Positions 14,050-31,664 of a stretch of DNA of 64,000 nt are shown here, piece after piece. The stretch is from the NCBI RefSeq assembly GCF_009914755.1, contig NC_060926.1. One strand, 5' to 3'. This DNA comes from the human T2T-CHM13v2.0 reference genome, Homo sapiens. How positions within the stretch are numbered: position 1 is the first letter of the stretch; each line of letters opens with the position of its first letter. Under the pieces are notes generated by a model. It worked only from the letters and a program-made list of their open reading frames with translations, was not told the origin of the DNA and did no database searches. The translations under genes were made by a program, and so were the position numbers.

Positions 14050-14360
14050 AGAAAGCACTTCAATCATAGCTGAAATTATTTCATATCCCAGTTCATTTGC
14101 TTGTTTATGTCTCCTCTCACTGGAATGTTAAATTCCATGAGGATAAGGACTATTTCTGTCCTGGGCTGCTAACATAGTACCTAGAAAACAAGAGTGCCTG
14201 TATATATATATAATAATTAATAATTATTAATATAGTATAGCTGTATTTATTCATTATAATTATAGCTCCTTGGAGGCTACCTGCCTTTTTTCTTGTCTGT
14301 ATCCTCCACTGGACCATAATTATTAATTATAGTATATATATGGAGGAATGAATGAACAAA
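14050..14360 (+). mobile_element. L2 3' end interrupted by an AT-rich templated insertion
   Basis: cactggaatgttaaattccatgagg...agagtgcctg [insert] ...gaatgaatgaa. Confidence 0.6.
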
Positions 14361-14659
14361 CCACAGGGAACACAGAAGTTGTACACTCTATCTCTACTAA
14401 TTCAGAATTGCACAGATAATTGAAAAGTTTTTCTTCATTATCATTATGATCATCATAAAACAGCCTCAGATTATTAAGCACCCATTAAGTGCCAACCCTA
14501 TTGTGCATTTTACACATCTCATTTAATCGTCACAAGCCATATGGCACACATTATTATTCCCGCTTTCCAGATTAAAAAAACGAGGCTTAGAGAAATTATT
14601 CGCCAAAAGTTTCCAATTGCCCTTGAGATGGGACTCAAATTTTCCTTTTCTTCCTGTAT

Positions 14660-14880
14660 TATTATTTTTCTTATTTGACAAGTAAAAATTGTATGCATTT
14701 CTGGCATACAACATGATGTTTTGATACATTTATACTCTGTGGAATGGCTAAATCAAGGTGATTAATGTATGCATTACCTTACGTACTTATGTTTTGTGGT
14801 GAGAACACTTAAAATCTACTTTTTTAGCAATATGCAAGTACACAATATTTTGTTATTAATTACAGTCACCATGATGTACA
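14660..14880 (-). mobile_element. L1MA-type 3' end inserted in a MIR
   Basis: tacaacatgatgttttgatac...gtggtgagaacacttaaaatctac; flanks ggactcaaattt and ggacttaaattt. Confidence 0.8.
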
Positions 14881-14954
14881 GGACTTAAATTTCTTAACAT
14901 GGTTTACAACTCTAACCTCATCTTCTTTCATAGCTCAAATGCCAGTCTAATGCT

Positions 14955-15349
14955 TCATTCTCTTCAGTTAGAAATGTGGTACAAAGTGGATTAAACAGTT
15001 TATTTTCTCACCTAGGAATTCTGGAAGTAGGAAATGTGGGGCTGTCACAGTGGCCCCGTGATATAAGCAAGGCCCCGGGCTCTTTTAATTTTTCCTCTCC
15101 ACTATTCTGGTATATTGCATTGTTACTTCATGGTCACAAATGGCAGCTGTCCTGTACGCATTGTGTCAGCATTCACAGTGAGGAAGAGGAGGAAGGGCAA
15201 AGGTCTGTGCTAGCCGAGTGTTCCTCCTTAATCATGAAACAAAAAATTTTGCAGAATCCCTCCAGCAAACTGTGATAACATCTCATTGACCAGAACTGTA
15301 TCAAATGGCTATCATTAGGTGCAAGAGAGCCCTCTATGACAGAAGGTAG
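14955..15349 (-). mobile_element. MaLR LTR (MLT1J/K-like), host of the L1; resumes at ~21417-21458
   Basis: gtggattaaacagtttattttctcac...tctcattgaccagaactg; terminal part tagtcaaccaacaatctctgcac lies after the L1. Confidence 0.55.
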
Positions 15350-15365
15350 AGAAGAAAAAAAATGA

Positions 15366-16270
15366 GGTTGTTTGTGGAGCCAAGATGGCCGAATAGGAAC
15401 AGCTCCGGTCTACAGCTCCCAGCGTGAGCGACGCAGCGTGATTTCTGCATTTCCATCTGAGGTACCGGGTTCATCTCACTAGGGAGTGCCAGACAGTGGG
15501 CACAGGTCAGTGGGTGCACGCACCGTGCGCGAGCCGAAGCAGGGCGACGCATCGCCTCACTTGGGAAGCGCAAGGGGTCAGGGAGCTCCCTTTCCGAGTC
15601 AAAGAAAGGGGTCACAGACGGCACCTGGAAAATCGGGTCACTCCCACCCGAATACTGCGCTTTTCCCACGGGCTTAAAAAACGGCGCACCACGAGATTAT
15701 ACCCCGCACCTGGCTCAGAGGGTCCTACGCCCATGGAGTCTCGCTGATTGCGAGCACAGCAGTCTGAGATCAAACAGCAAGGCGGCAGCGAGGCTGGGCG
15801 AGGGGCGCCCGCCATTGCCCAGGCTTGCTGAGGTAAACAAAGCAGCCAGGAAGCTCGAACTGGGTGGAGCCCACCACAGCTCAAGGAGGCCTGCCTGCCT
15901 CTGTAGGCTCCACCTCTGGGGGCAGGGCACAGACAAACAAAAAGACAGCAGTAACCTCTGCAGACTTAAATGTCCCTGTCTGACAGCTTTGAAGAGAGCA
16001 GTGGTTCTCCCAGTACGCAGCTGGAGATCTGAGAACGGGCAGACTGCCTCCTCAAGCGGGTGCCTGACCCCTGACCCCCGAGCAGCCTAACTGGGAGGCA
16101 CCCCCCAACAGGGGCACACTGACACCTCACACGGCAGGGTACTCCAAAAGCCCTGCAGCTGAGGGTCCTGTCTGTTAGAAGGAAAACTAACAAACAGAAA
16201 GGACATCCACACCAAAAACCCATCTGTACATCACCATCATCAAAGACCAAAAGTAGATAAAACCACAAAG
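15366..16270 (+). promoter_or_regulatory. L1 5'UTR: CpG-rich internal sense promoter plus antisense promoter
   Basis: Intact YY1 site caagatggcc at 15381-15390; many CpGs over about 15390-15860. Confidence 0.85.
15612..15815 (-). CDS. ORF0: L1 antisense ORF0 (67 aa)
   Basis: MAGAPRPASLPPCCLISDCCARNQRDSMGVGPSEPG...RVGVTRFSRCRL matches primate L1 ORF0; expression unknown. Confidence 0.65.
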   Translation of the reverse strand: MAGAPRPASLPPCCLISDCCARNQRDSMGVGPSEPGAGYNLVVRRFLSPWEKRSIRVGVTRFSRCRL

Positions 16271-17287
16271 ATGGGGAAAAAACAGAACAGAAAAACTGGA
16301 AACTCTAAAAAGCAGAGCACCTCTCCTCCTCCAAAGGAACACAGTTCCTCACCAGCAACGGAACAAAGCTGGACGGAGAATGACTTTGACAGGCTGAGAG
16401 AAGAAGGCTTCAGACGATGAAATTGCTCTGAGCTATGGGAGGACATTCAAACCAAAGGCAAAGAAGTTGAAAACTTTGAAAAAAATTTAGAAGAATGTAT
16501 AAATAGAATAACCAATACAGAGAAGTGCTTAAAGGAGCTGATGGAGCTGAAAACCAAGGCTCGAGAACTACGTGAAGAATGCAGAAGCCTCAGGAGCCGA
16601 TGCGATCAACTGGAAGAAAGGGTATCAGCGATGGAAGATGAAATGAATGAAATGAAGCAAGAAGGGAAGTTTAGAGAAAAAAGAATAAAAAGAAATGAGC
16701 AAAGCCTCCAGGAAATATGGGACTATGTGAAAAGACCAAATCTACGTCTGATTGGTGTACCTGAAAGTGATGGGGAGAATGGAACCAAGTTGGAAAACAC
16801 TCTGCAGGATATTATCCAGGAGAACTTCCCCAATCTAGCAAGGCAGGCCAACGTTCAGATTCAGGAAATACAGAGAACACCACAAAGATACTCCTCGAGA
16901 AGAGCAACTCCAAGACACATAATTGTCAGATTCCCCAAGGTTGAAATGAAAGAAAAAATATTAAGGGCAGCTAGAGAGAAAGGTCGGGTTACCCTCAAAG
17001 GGAAGCCCATCAGACTAACAGTGGATCTCTCGGCAGAAACCCTACAAGCCAGAAGAGAGTGGGGGCCAATATTCAACATTCTGAAAGAAAAGAATTTTCA
17101 ACCCAGAATTTCATATCCAGCCAAACTAAGCTTCATAAGTGAAGGAGAAATAAAATACTTTACAGACAAGCAAATGCTGAGAGATTTTGTCACCACCAGG
17201 CCTGCCCTAAAAGAGCTCCTGGAGGAAGCGCTAAACATGGAAAGGAACAACCGGTACCAGCCGCTGCAAAATCATGCCAAAATGTAA
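16271..17287 (+). pseudogene. ORF1: L1 ORF1p with a premature stop at codon 50
   Basis: ATG at 16271 (MGKKQNRK), 1017 nt to the stop; TGA at 16418-16420 replaces TCA (Ser); the downstream 248 aa (coiled coil, RRM, CTD) are open. Confidence 0.95.
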
Positions 17288-17323
17288 AGACCATCGAGAC
17301 TAGGAAGAAACTGCATCAACTAA

Positions 17324-21178
<3,855 letters not shown>

Positions 21179-21499
21179 ACAATGAGATCACATGGACACA
21201 GGAAGGGGAACATCACACTCTGGGGACTGTTGTGTGGTGGGGGGAGGGGGGAGGGATAGCACTGGGAGATATACCTAATGCTAGGTGACAAGTTAGTGGG
21301 TGCAGCGCATCAGCATGGCACATGTATACATATGTAACTAACCTGCACAATGTGCACATGTACCCTAAAACTTAAAGTATAATAATAAAGGGGAAAAAAA
21401 AGAAGAAAAAAAATGATAGAAATAATTTTCAATTTAGTCAACCAACAATCTCTGCACTCAACCATCCAGAGCTACTGTCAGAGTTACAAAATGGCAATG

Positions 21500-21787
21500 C
21501 TTGCTCTTATTCCTAGAGCCTTGCACATGTTCTTCCTTCTTCTTTCTTTAGCTTGATATGTTTCCTCTTCTTTGATATTTTCCCTGGCTGAAACATCTCC
21601 CACCACCAAGAGTGGGTAAATGCCCTCCTATCAGTTTTCTTAGCTCCTTGGAAACTACCTGCCATTTTTCTTGTCTGTATCCGCCACTGGATCAAACTCT
21701 TTGAAGATGGTACCATGTATTTTCATCACCATATCCTAGCATCTATCACAGTGTCTGGCACAATAAGCCTTTATTGACTGAATGAAG
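21500..21787 (+). mobile_element. L2 3' fragment
   Basis: gccttgcacatgttcttcc...atcctagcatctatcacagtgtctggcaca...gactgaatgaa. Confidence 0.6.
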
Positions 21788-22699
21788 TGAAAAATCTAGG
21801 ACTCAAGCTTAGGCCTTTCCAATTCCAAAGGCCACATTCTGTTCGTTATGTAACACTGACTATGAAAAACAAAACAACATATTTTAGAAATCCCTTGTAA
21901 AAACTCTCCAGCCTCTCCTTGAAAGACACCATAGAGTTTTACTGTTTATCATCATCATCATCCTCATTATCACATTTCTCTCTTGCCCTCTAATAGAGGA
22001 CCCAGAAACAAAGAGAGTAACCAAAAGCTGGGCAGGAGGACAACAGAGCCTGAAAAATAGCCAAACTGAGTGACTAGTTTCCAAGAAAAAATAAAAGCTG
22101 AATATAATGAAGAAAAATATTTCAAAGTTCAAATAGGATGCTCTGGCATACCTAATTGTAGCCCCAGTACTAACTGGCATTTGCTTTTTATTTTTCCATA
22201 CATATTTAGTATTTATAGACCAAAGCTCACGTTCTGTGATTTTTTTAATGACTTCCAAATGCATTGCGATCACTTAAAGGTAATTATTCATTCAGATGAA
22301 ATGTACATCTAACAACCAGAGCTTTCTCAAGCAGAAAAGTCCCCTCAGAGATGGCTGAGAAAATGTTATGCTCAACCTGTGCAATGTTGTTAGAAAGAAA
22401 GGAAATTTCTTGTCATCTGCTGGCAAGATGCCATTCCTCCACTTGCCCCTCTCAACTCATGTGAGAGGCAAAGCATCAATACCACACTTTTGGCTAACAC
22501 AATGACAGAAATAATTACCTTCACCTGGGACAGTCTAAGTTCTGGGTTGGATTTTTGTTTGTTTCTCTTTTTGGCATTTTAATTTGGTCACTATTTTTTT
22601 CCATATTTCCACCATTCAACACTCAAACCTCATACATGTTAAATGAGTCATCCTCTTTTCTGTTTCAGCATATTTTTAATGAGAAGAAATTGTATCTTC

Positions 22700-22887
22700 T
22701 GTGGTGACTTAAATATGTCCACAAATGCTTTGATACGTGAAATATGTTCACACCTCCTTTCAGAAAAGGAAGGCTAATTCCTTTCCCTCTGAATGTGGGC
22801 TAAACTCCATGACTCATTTCTGACCAATAGAATAAAATGGAAAGGACAGTGTATAACTGGGAGACTAGGTTGTAAAAGGCACTGCGA

Positions 22888-22936
<49 letters not shown>

Positions 22937-23280
22937 TACTCGCTCTGGGAGGAGCCAGCTGCCATGTAACAAAGACACTCAAGCCTTGTGGAGAGACCCT
23001 CATAGAGAGTAACTGAGGCCTCCTGCCAACAGCCACATAAATGAGCTCAGAAGCAGATCCTCCAGCCTCAGTCAAGCCTCAGATGACTACAGCCTCACAC
23101 TATTTACTGCAAACTCATGAGAGACCTTGAGCCAAGACAATCCAACTAAGCTGCTCCCAATTTTCCAATGCATAGAAATAAATGTGTATTTATTTCTATT
23201 ATAAGAAATATTAAGTGTTTATTGTTGGAAGCCACTAAGTTTGGGGATGATTTATTGCATAAGAATAAATCACTAATTCA
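22700..23280 (+). mobile_element. MaLR LTR (MLT1F-like) with an internal (CT)n at ~22888-22932
   Basis: gaccaatagaat...gagccagctgccatgt...aactgaggcctcctgccaacagcc...gccactaagtttgggg. Confidence 0.8.
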
Positions 23281-23299
23281 ATTACATTAAAAATATATA

Positions 23300-24320
23300 C
23301 AATTATCACCAAAAACCCGTCATCCTAATATGGTTTCCATCTTTGTATATTCTCTTCCACATGTAAATGCTTTATATAATTGTTATCATAAGCTGTTACA
23401 ATTCTTATTCTGTCATATTGCCATATTTAAACACATCCTTTGTTGTTATAATGTCTTTATAATTGATATTTTTAACATTTAAATAATACTTGTTCATGTG
23501 GATATGCCATAATTTTTAAGTCATTTCCATAATATTGAACATTTCAGCGGTCTTCAGATTTTTTTCTATTAGAACTTTTACTGCAGTGAATATCTTTGAA
23601 TATACAGCGTTTTGCTTCTCTTATTTGGTTAAGGTAAACTTTCTATATTTGAATTACTGGGGAAAAAAAGTATGAACATCTTTGTGCCTCTCATTAAATA
23701 ATATCATATTTTCTTTTCAAAAAGATATATAAATTTATCAGCAATGAATAAGTGTACCAGCTACACTACAACCATAATTATATTACAATCATTTAAAGTT
23801 GTGCTAAAAGGTACAAAATTGCATCTCAAGTTTGCTTTAATTTAAATTTCTTTGATTCCTAATGAGATTGTATGGGCTTTTTTAATGTATAATTATTGTT
23901 TCTACTTTTGTGAATTATCTCCTCCTATATTTTGTGATTATCCTAGTTTTAGTTGCACTTTTCTTATAAATTTGGATGTAAAATTACAGATTAGAAATAT
24001 TAACCTTTAGAAATATTAGCCTTTGATTAAAATGTTTTTCCAGTCAGTTGTGCATTTATACAAGTTTCCTTTTCTCAGTATACAAAAATTCTTAATTTTT
24101 TACATTCAAATATATCAATACTTCTATGTTATTTCTTCCATTGCTTTCTACTACTGCATAGCTAAGAGAGTTCACATTTTCCCTCTGATCTGAACTGTTA
24201 TTTTCTTCTAGTTTCTCTAGAATTTATGAAGAGGTGTTTCATTTTGTTTTGTTTGTACCCCAAATCCATCAGGAATTAATTTTCATACATACTGTAAAAT
24301 GTAGATATTTTTCAGAATTT
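23300..24320 (-). mobile_element. Ancient L1 (L1M/L1ME-like) fragments
   Basis: AT-rich, with ctgcagtgaatatctttg, gaattactggg, tttaatttaaatttctttgattcctaatgag. Confidence 0.55.
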
Positions 24321-24394
24321 TTCTTATTTTTAATTTAAAATAGTTCACAGTAACTTGGTTTTTAAATGCCTACAATACTCCTAGGGGTAACTGT

Positions 24395-24976
24395 GATCAC
24401 TGAATTGTCACCAAAACAATGGCAAAGAATGACATAACCAAGACCTACGGCGGACACTATAACTGGAGACTTCTCTTTTTTTTTTTTTCATGTCCATAGA
24501 AGAGACAAGTGCTTCTGGGAGACTGGGCTCCTCCCTAGCCCAAGGGGGTGAATCATGATTGGCCCAAGTCAAATATTTTATTTTTCCGTGACTGATTTAG
24601 GCTTGGGTTTGTCTTACCATGTTGGCCAATGATAAGTGCAGAAAAACCTGCCAGGCGGTCTCTGCCAATAGCCTTTCTCACGAACAGAAAGAGACATACA
24701 GAAAGAAAGATACCTCTTCCATCAAAATTGCTACCTGCCTGTGCCTAGAACATGTCAGGAACCTTGCAACCATAAAAAGACAAGTCAGAGAACAAATGCT
24801 GAAGATGATAGAGCAGACAGATGGCAAGACGGGTATTACATGATGGTGTTGCACTACGGAATTAACCCATTCTAGCACTGCCCTACCTAAAAATGTGTTC
24901 TTTAACAGAATATGTATTCCTATTGTTATTGCCACTTTCAGACACCTTTTCGTTATTTTCAGCCACAAATATCTTA
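24395..24976 (+). mobile_element. MaLR LTR (MLT1K/L-like)
   Basis: gggggtgaatcatgattgg...ttggccaatga...gttattttcagccacaaatatctt. Confidence 0.5.
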
Positions 24977-25569
24977 AATTTTAAAACCTCTTTAATGTTT
25001 TTCCCCTTGCTCGTTGATTTCTCACACACTGTCTAGAAACGATGCCACAGGGTTAAGTTCCGGATTCGTAAATTCCAAGAGGCAAAAAGGCGGAGCGTAT
25101 CTGGGAGAGTGTATTCTGTGAACCTCGCCATTAGCAGGAGATGGGGTCTTCACTCCCCCAAGAGCCTTTGCAAACACTGTGTTTCTCCCATATTCCAACT
25201 GTGCCTTTGTGCTCAGGGCCCTTTGCCTTCTTTCTCAGTAACAAAGCACACCTATTAGAACCCTAAGTACTTACAGGCTCCAACTTTCCCAAGAGGATGA
25301 GTTGCAGTGAATGACAAACACCATTTTCCACCGCCATTAAATGCAAATCTCTAGACACCTCCTTATCAGCAACAATACAATGAAAACTGAACACTCTGCT
25401 AACAAGATTTTGATAGTAAGAGTTGTAAACTGCCATGTTCTACAAATCCTGCCACAGAGGAACAAGAGTTTGCCCAATTAGCAACCTTCTTAATAATAAC
25501 AGCAAATACATATTCAAACAACCTGAGACTAAATGAAAAATTCAAATAAATCAGAAGCTTGGTCTACAG

Positions 25570-25772
25570 CAGTGGTTTTTAACTGAGCTCACTAGAACCC
25601 TCGAGATTCTCTACAGAAACACCTCAAACGAAAATAAGTGGGACTGAGGAAATAGCTCAATCCCGGGCCCCTCTTCAAATGAAAAGCTCTGCTTTTATCT
25701 GTGTTTTTTATATATTGGTCTTATGCAATATTCAACTTGAAGAAAGACTTTCTTGTTGTTGTGAAACACTAG
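25570..25772. mobile_element. hAT-Charlie MITE-like fragment
   Basis: Starts cagtggttttt and ends gaaacactag; internal ctctgcttttatctg. Confidence 0.4.
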
Positions 25773-26605
25773 CTGACACTCTTAATGTTTTGGAGGCATA
25801 ATAAACAATAAAATTTTTGCAAAATTTATACCAAAATAAGCAACCAGATCATTAAGGGAAAGATGGGAAAGCAGAAGATACTATCTCTTTTTTCTTGTTA
25901 TTTTTATTTTCCTTCTTGTCATTTTTAGTATAATAACTTAATGAAAGGTCAACATATATGTGTATTTTTCATATGAGAACTGGAACAGATGAGACTTTCA
26001 TTATTGGATCCTGGTGCTATATCTGGTCTTCTTGATGTATGTTGGATGAGAGGGGATGGTAAGAAGGAGAAGGTTGGTTCTCATCGTTTCATTTTATTTT
26101 GATAACCTGCCCGCACAAATTACTGGCATAGCTTTCACCACATTGGCACACACAGGCTATTTCTATTGATCTCGAAACTTAAAGAGTCCATGACCTCATC
26201 TGAAGTATGCTTTTTAATAATTCACTCCATTTAAAGACCCATTAAAATGTCATAACTGTCATAAACCTTGTAAACAGTTGTTACTTCTAATGTCTTCAAA
26301 ATAATAATGCATTATTGATGAAAACTTGGTTCATAATCACATTACTCCCATTTGACAAAGCCAATACAGTATATGCTTTTTTCCACATCCCAGAACTTGT
26401 TCATTCCCCTTCAGCTAGGCCTCCCCGGGTTCTTCCAAAGAGTTCTTTGGAATCTTCTCATGACCCAAGCCAAGACTGACTTATGGGCTGACTTACTTCA
26501 AAGAGGACACTAGCGCAAAGATATGATTATAAATTTGCCTGGAGAAGCCACTGACCAGACAGTACAAAAGGAGGAAGGAGCTGGGGAGTTAGAAATCCAC
26601 TGTTA

Positions 26606-27131
<526 letters not shown>

Positions 27132-27332
27132 AGAAATCCACTGCTAGCTGACATGTTGGCTTCTTTGGATGTATAAGGCTTTCTCCTTCAGAAATTCCTA
27201 GGTATAAACACACAAACTTGATTTCAGGTGCTTTTTCAATGGAGCATGAATACAAAGAACATATTAGTTTGATTATCAATCAAACGAGTAAAATGAAAAA
27301 AATTCTCCAAAATATGGGATTCTCCTTAAAAG

Positions 27333-27520
27333 TAGAGTTGCCAGGTAAAATGCAGGATCCGCAGTTAATTTTGAATTTCAGATAAATGACGAATAATTTT
27401 TAGTAAAAATATGTCCCAAATAATGCATGGGACACGTACTAAAGAATGATTTGTCATATATCTGAAATTCAAATTCTCCTTGGCATCTTGTATTTTTATT
27501 TGCTAAATCTGGCAATGATA
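27333..27520. mobile_element. MER53 palindromic MITE
   Basis: tagagttgccag...ttgaatttcagataa...tatctgaaattcaaa...tctggcaa; flanks ccttaaaag and cctaaaaag. Confidence 0.85.
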
Positions 27521-27577
27521 CCTAAAAAGTACGTTTTAATGCCTCACCTAACATTAAAAATGCTGATGGTGCCAGCT

Positions 27578-27730
27578 TAGTGGTCCCCAATTCAGGCAAC
27601 ACATTAGAATTACCTGCGGTTGCCTAGGCCCACCCTTTAGAGCAGCTAAATCAGTTTGGGGAATAGCACCCAGGCATTATTTTAAGCTCCCCAGGGGGTT
27701 CTAATGGACATCTAGGACTCAGAACCATGT
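27578..27730. mobile_element. MER5A-like
   Basis: cacattagaattacctg...gcctaggcccaccc...aagctccccagggggttctaatg. Confidence 0.6.
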
Positions 27731-28388
27731 TGCTGGTAGATATAATGACCCTCTCAGAGAGGCATATCAAAGATGTCTCAGGATCTAGTGACAGGGAAAT
27801 ATATGTATGTTTAAAAGCATATTCAACATTTTAATATAAATTTATATTTGAAAAATAAAATGTGTTTATGTTATAATCTACAAACAAATAAGAGTAACCA
27901 CGTTATTCAAATGTGGACAGCTAAAAGAGATAATAAAGCACATAGTCCAGAACCTGGGGCAAGTCCCCATGGGGCAGAGCACCTGGGAATAGAGAACAGG
28001 GGTCACAAGGCAAGGGGCAGGCAGGATTTAATGGGTGCACAGGTGCCCCGGGTCAGAGGGTAACAAAGACCAGGGTTCAGGAAAACAGACAACAAGAAGT
28101 AGGACCTCGGGCCAAGAAGCTAGACAGTCACCAGCCAGGCACCAGCAGATGCACAACCGATCATGTAGTTCTGCCAGTTGCAGGACTTTGGGGACATCAA
28201 TCCCAGCACCTGGCTGGCACAGGGTTCACAAGTGACATAGGTGTGAGCATTTGGCTACAGTAGGGAACAGAGTTACAGAGAAGGGCAATGGTAAATTCAC
28301 TTCTCTAAGTGAAATGCCAACTGACCTGCACCTATGGTGATTTGAAATGAATTTGACGCTTAGAAGTCACAGCTTTTAGTCCTGCATA

Positions 28389-28689
<301 letters not shown>

Positions 28690-29837
28690 TAGTCCTGTGT
28701 ACTTTAAGTAGGGTGATGTGCTCAACCTGAGTTCTTTTCTGAAAAACAAGGAACATAACCTTCTTTGTGGGGATGTGTAAGCAGCATACCCAGAGACAAG
28801 TTTGCACTGAATGCTGCAGCCCTAGAGCAGAAGCCAGGCATTCTGAAGTCACCCACTGCCCCGGGAACGACAAAAAGGAGGGGTAAATGTACTACAACTC
28901 TCATTGACTACACAATAATAAAAGTCATCTTGCATTTGCTAATCCTCCTCCATCTCCATTTTATGTCCTACGTTTATATTTTACTGAGAATTCTATTCTC
29001 CTAATAAAATAACATCCTGCTTTTATGATCTTCTTCATGCAAAAAACCTTAAACCACAGCAACCTATCCCTCCCAAAGGCATAAAAGTAAACCAAAAGCC
29101 ATATGGCACTGGAATTAAAGTCAGCATATTGTTGTGTTGTATAATTCACCATTATTACAAATGATTTCTCAGTGATATTATGGTATTAACCCACTCTAGT
29201 GTGCAATGATTCATTATAGTTCTGTTTTCCTTTGAAGCCCAGCCAGCTGTATTTCAAGTGGAGCTCAGCTGAATTTAACCACACAAACATTATATTGCCA
29301 GCACCATTCCCCAGCCCAGCCACCTGACTCATGGAAACTGCGTGTTTCAGGCCATCCGCAGGGTTTCTAGCTCTCAGCACACAAAGAATGCTGCAACTCC
29401 GTATCTACAAGATTCCATCCTAATTTGTGGAGGTAATCAGTTCCATCCATCCTTACAGACATCTGACCTTGTCACTCATATTATACTAGAAAATTTTGAG
29501 TCAGGTGCCCAGCTCCCTAATTTCTTGATGGGCAAATCTGAAGATAGTTAATGAAAGTCACAAGAGAGATTGTGGAATTTCTCTCAATTAATGAGGAAGA
29601 TGTAAATTTGCCTTCCTTTCACAGAGGGAACTTGGTACTTAACAAGTATATTAAACAACATACATTAAACAGCATACATTAAACAACTATGTAGGAAACC
29701 TTTATGTATACATAAACTACATCACATATGTATGCATAAAAATATGCGTTTGTCATCTTGATGACCCCAGTCTCACAACTCCCTGGGCTCACCCTGTCTC
29801 TTAATATTCAAGTAAAATGATTCAAACGACCATACTA

Positions 29838-30410
29838 CTGAGGAGACAAGCAGACCCTGATTATCTGGGAACAGGCCTGGTACTATGAGCAACACTTTGG
29901 TGTATTTTTTTGTTGAACACAAATAACTTTATGGACCATCAGCACCAAACAAGGCCACTCTGTGCCCATGACGGATCAGGACAAAAATAAGACCACTCCA
30001 TACGTGTGAACACAGACAAAGCAGGAATATTGTCCAACCCACGAAATACCAGATGTCCCCCTCTCCGAGCTAATGTGTGCAACTGCTGCTGCTTTACCAA
30101 CTAAGGTTTCAGCCTCATTCTAGCCTGCCCACCCGATGCATAAGATAGTTAGGATAACCAATCATAGAATTATCTCCGCTTCCTGACAGCATTCAATTAG
30201 AGCAAAGCCCGCTTCCTTAAAACCTCCCCTAAAATCACCCAACACAAGACCAAAGCCTGCAAGCCTTCATAAATCCATTCACTGAGACGCCCCACAGCTC
30301 CCCACAAGGTAAGTTCTCCCCCGCTGCAGCTGCAATGAGTAGTAGACCCAACTTGTTCAACTATTAACACATATGTGTTCCTGGTGTTCTTTGGCTACAG
30401 GACATTGAGA
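29838..30410 (+). mobile_element. ERVL-class solo LTR (MER54/MER73/MER74 group)
   Basis: accaatcatagaattatctccgcttcctgacagc...cccaacttgttcaact...gtgttcctggtg..ctttggct. Confidence 0.6.
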
Positions 30411-30690
30411 CTTGGAACATCAGAATTTATCCTTATCTTTTCAAATGTCATTTCCCCTGGCATATTTGAGAGAAAGGGTTACCTAGCTTCCATACTTGGG
30501 TCAATCCTGCTTCGTGGCTGTTCTCTGGATCCTAACCGACATGCTCAGCTCCATGTTAGGAGTTCTGGACCACTGTCTTTTGCCCTCTTTCTGCAGAACA
30601 TCACAAACACAAGGTTATGAGCAAAATAAGTATTTGTGTGAGGATTTGGAAGTAATGGAGTGCAGCATGGAATACACAACTTGAAACTGA

Positions 30691-31094
<404 letters not shown>

Positions 31095-31664
31095 GTCTTT
31101 CCCCCTAATTTTAAAGAATTTCTCACTATCTGGGTTCTCCTTGCTCCCCTACCTCCATGCCACCAGCTTTGTTTATGTGTTTGTCCTTTCATCCTTCTGT
31201 CATCTGAACCCCCAAACTTCAGCTTCCAGCAGCCTCTCCTCAACATTCCTCTCTTGTTTATTTGCAGAGCCTCCAAACCCTGAACTCTCTTGCCCACAGG
31301 AAAGGTGGTGAAAACTTTATTATGCAAATCATTTTTCTCGTTTGCATGCCCTACCCTAAGCACCCTAGTAGCAGTTGGCATGGAGCTGAATCGGGTAGTA
31401 AGCAGAGAAATCAACATTTCTATAAAACCACCCCAAGAAGGTATATGAATTTTTAAAACAAAAGAAAAATGTTCCTCCTGGATGGAATTCTGCTCTAATT
31501 CTACTAGAGTAGTGGTTTTCAAACTTTCTTGGTTGAGAACCTCAATAAGAAATACATTTACATTGCAACTCAGTATATACACATACAAACATGATGGATG
31601 AGAAAGAGACTGAGAGACAGAGAGAAAGAGAGAGAGATCTCTTACCCTTACTAAAATGCTCTCT

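Noticed and set aside
27920-28260. Purine-rich segment resembling an ancient LTR
   Set aside because: I could not assign a family or termini with confidence.
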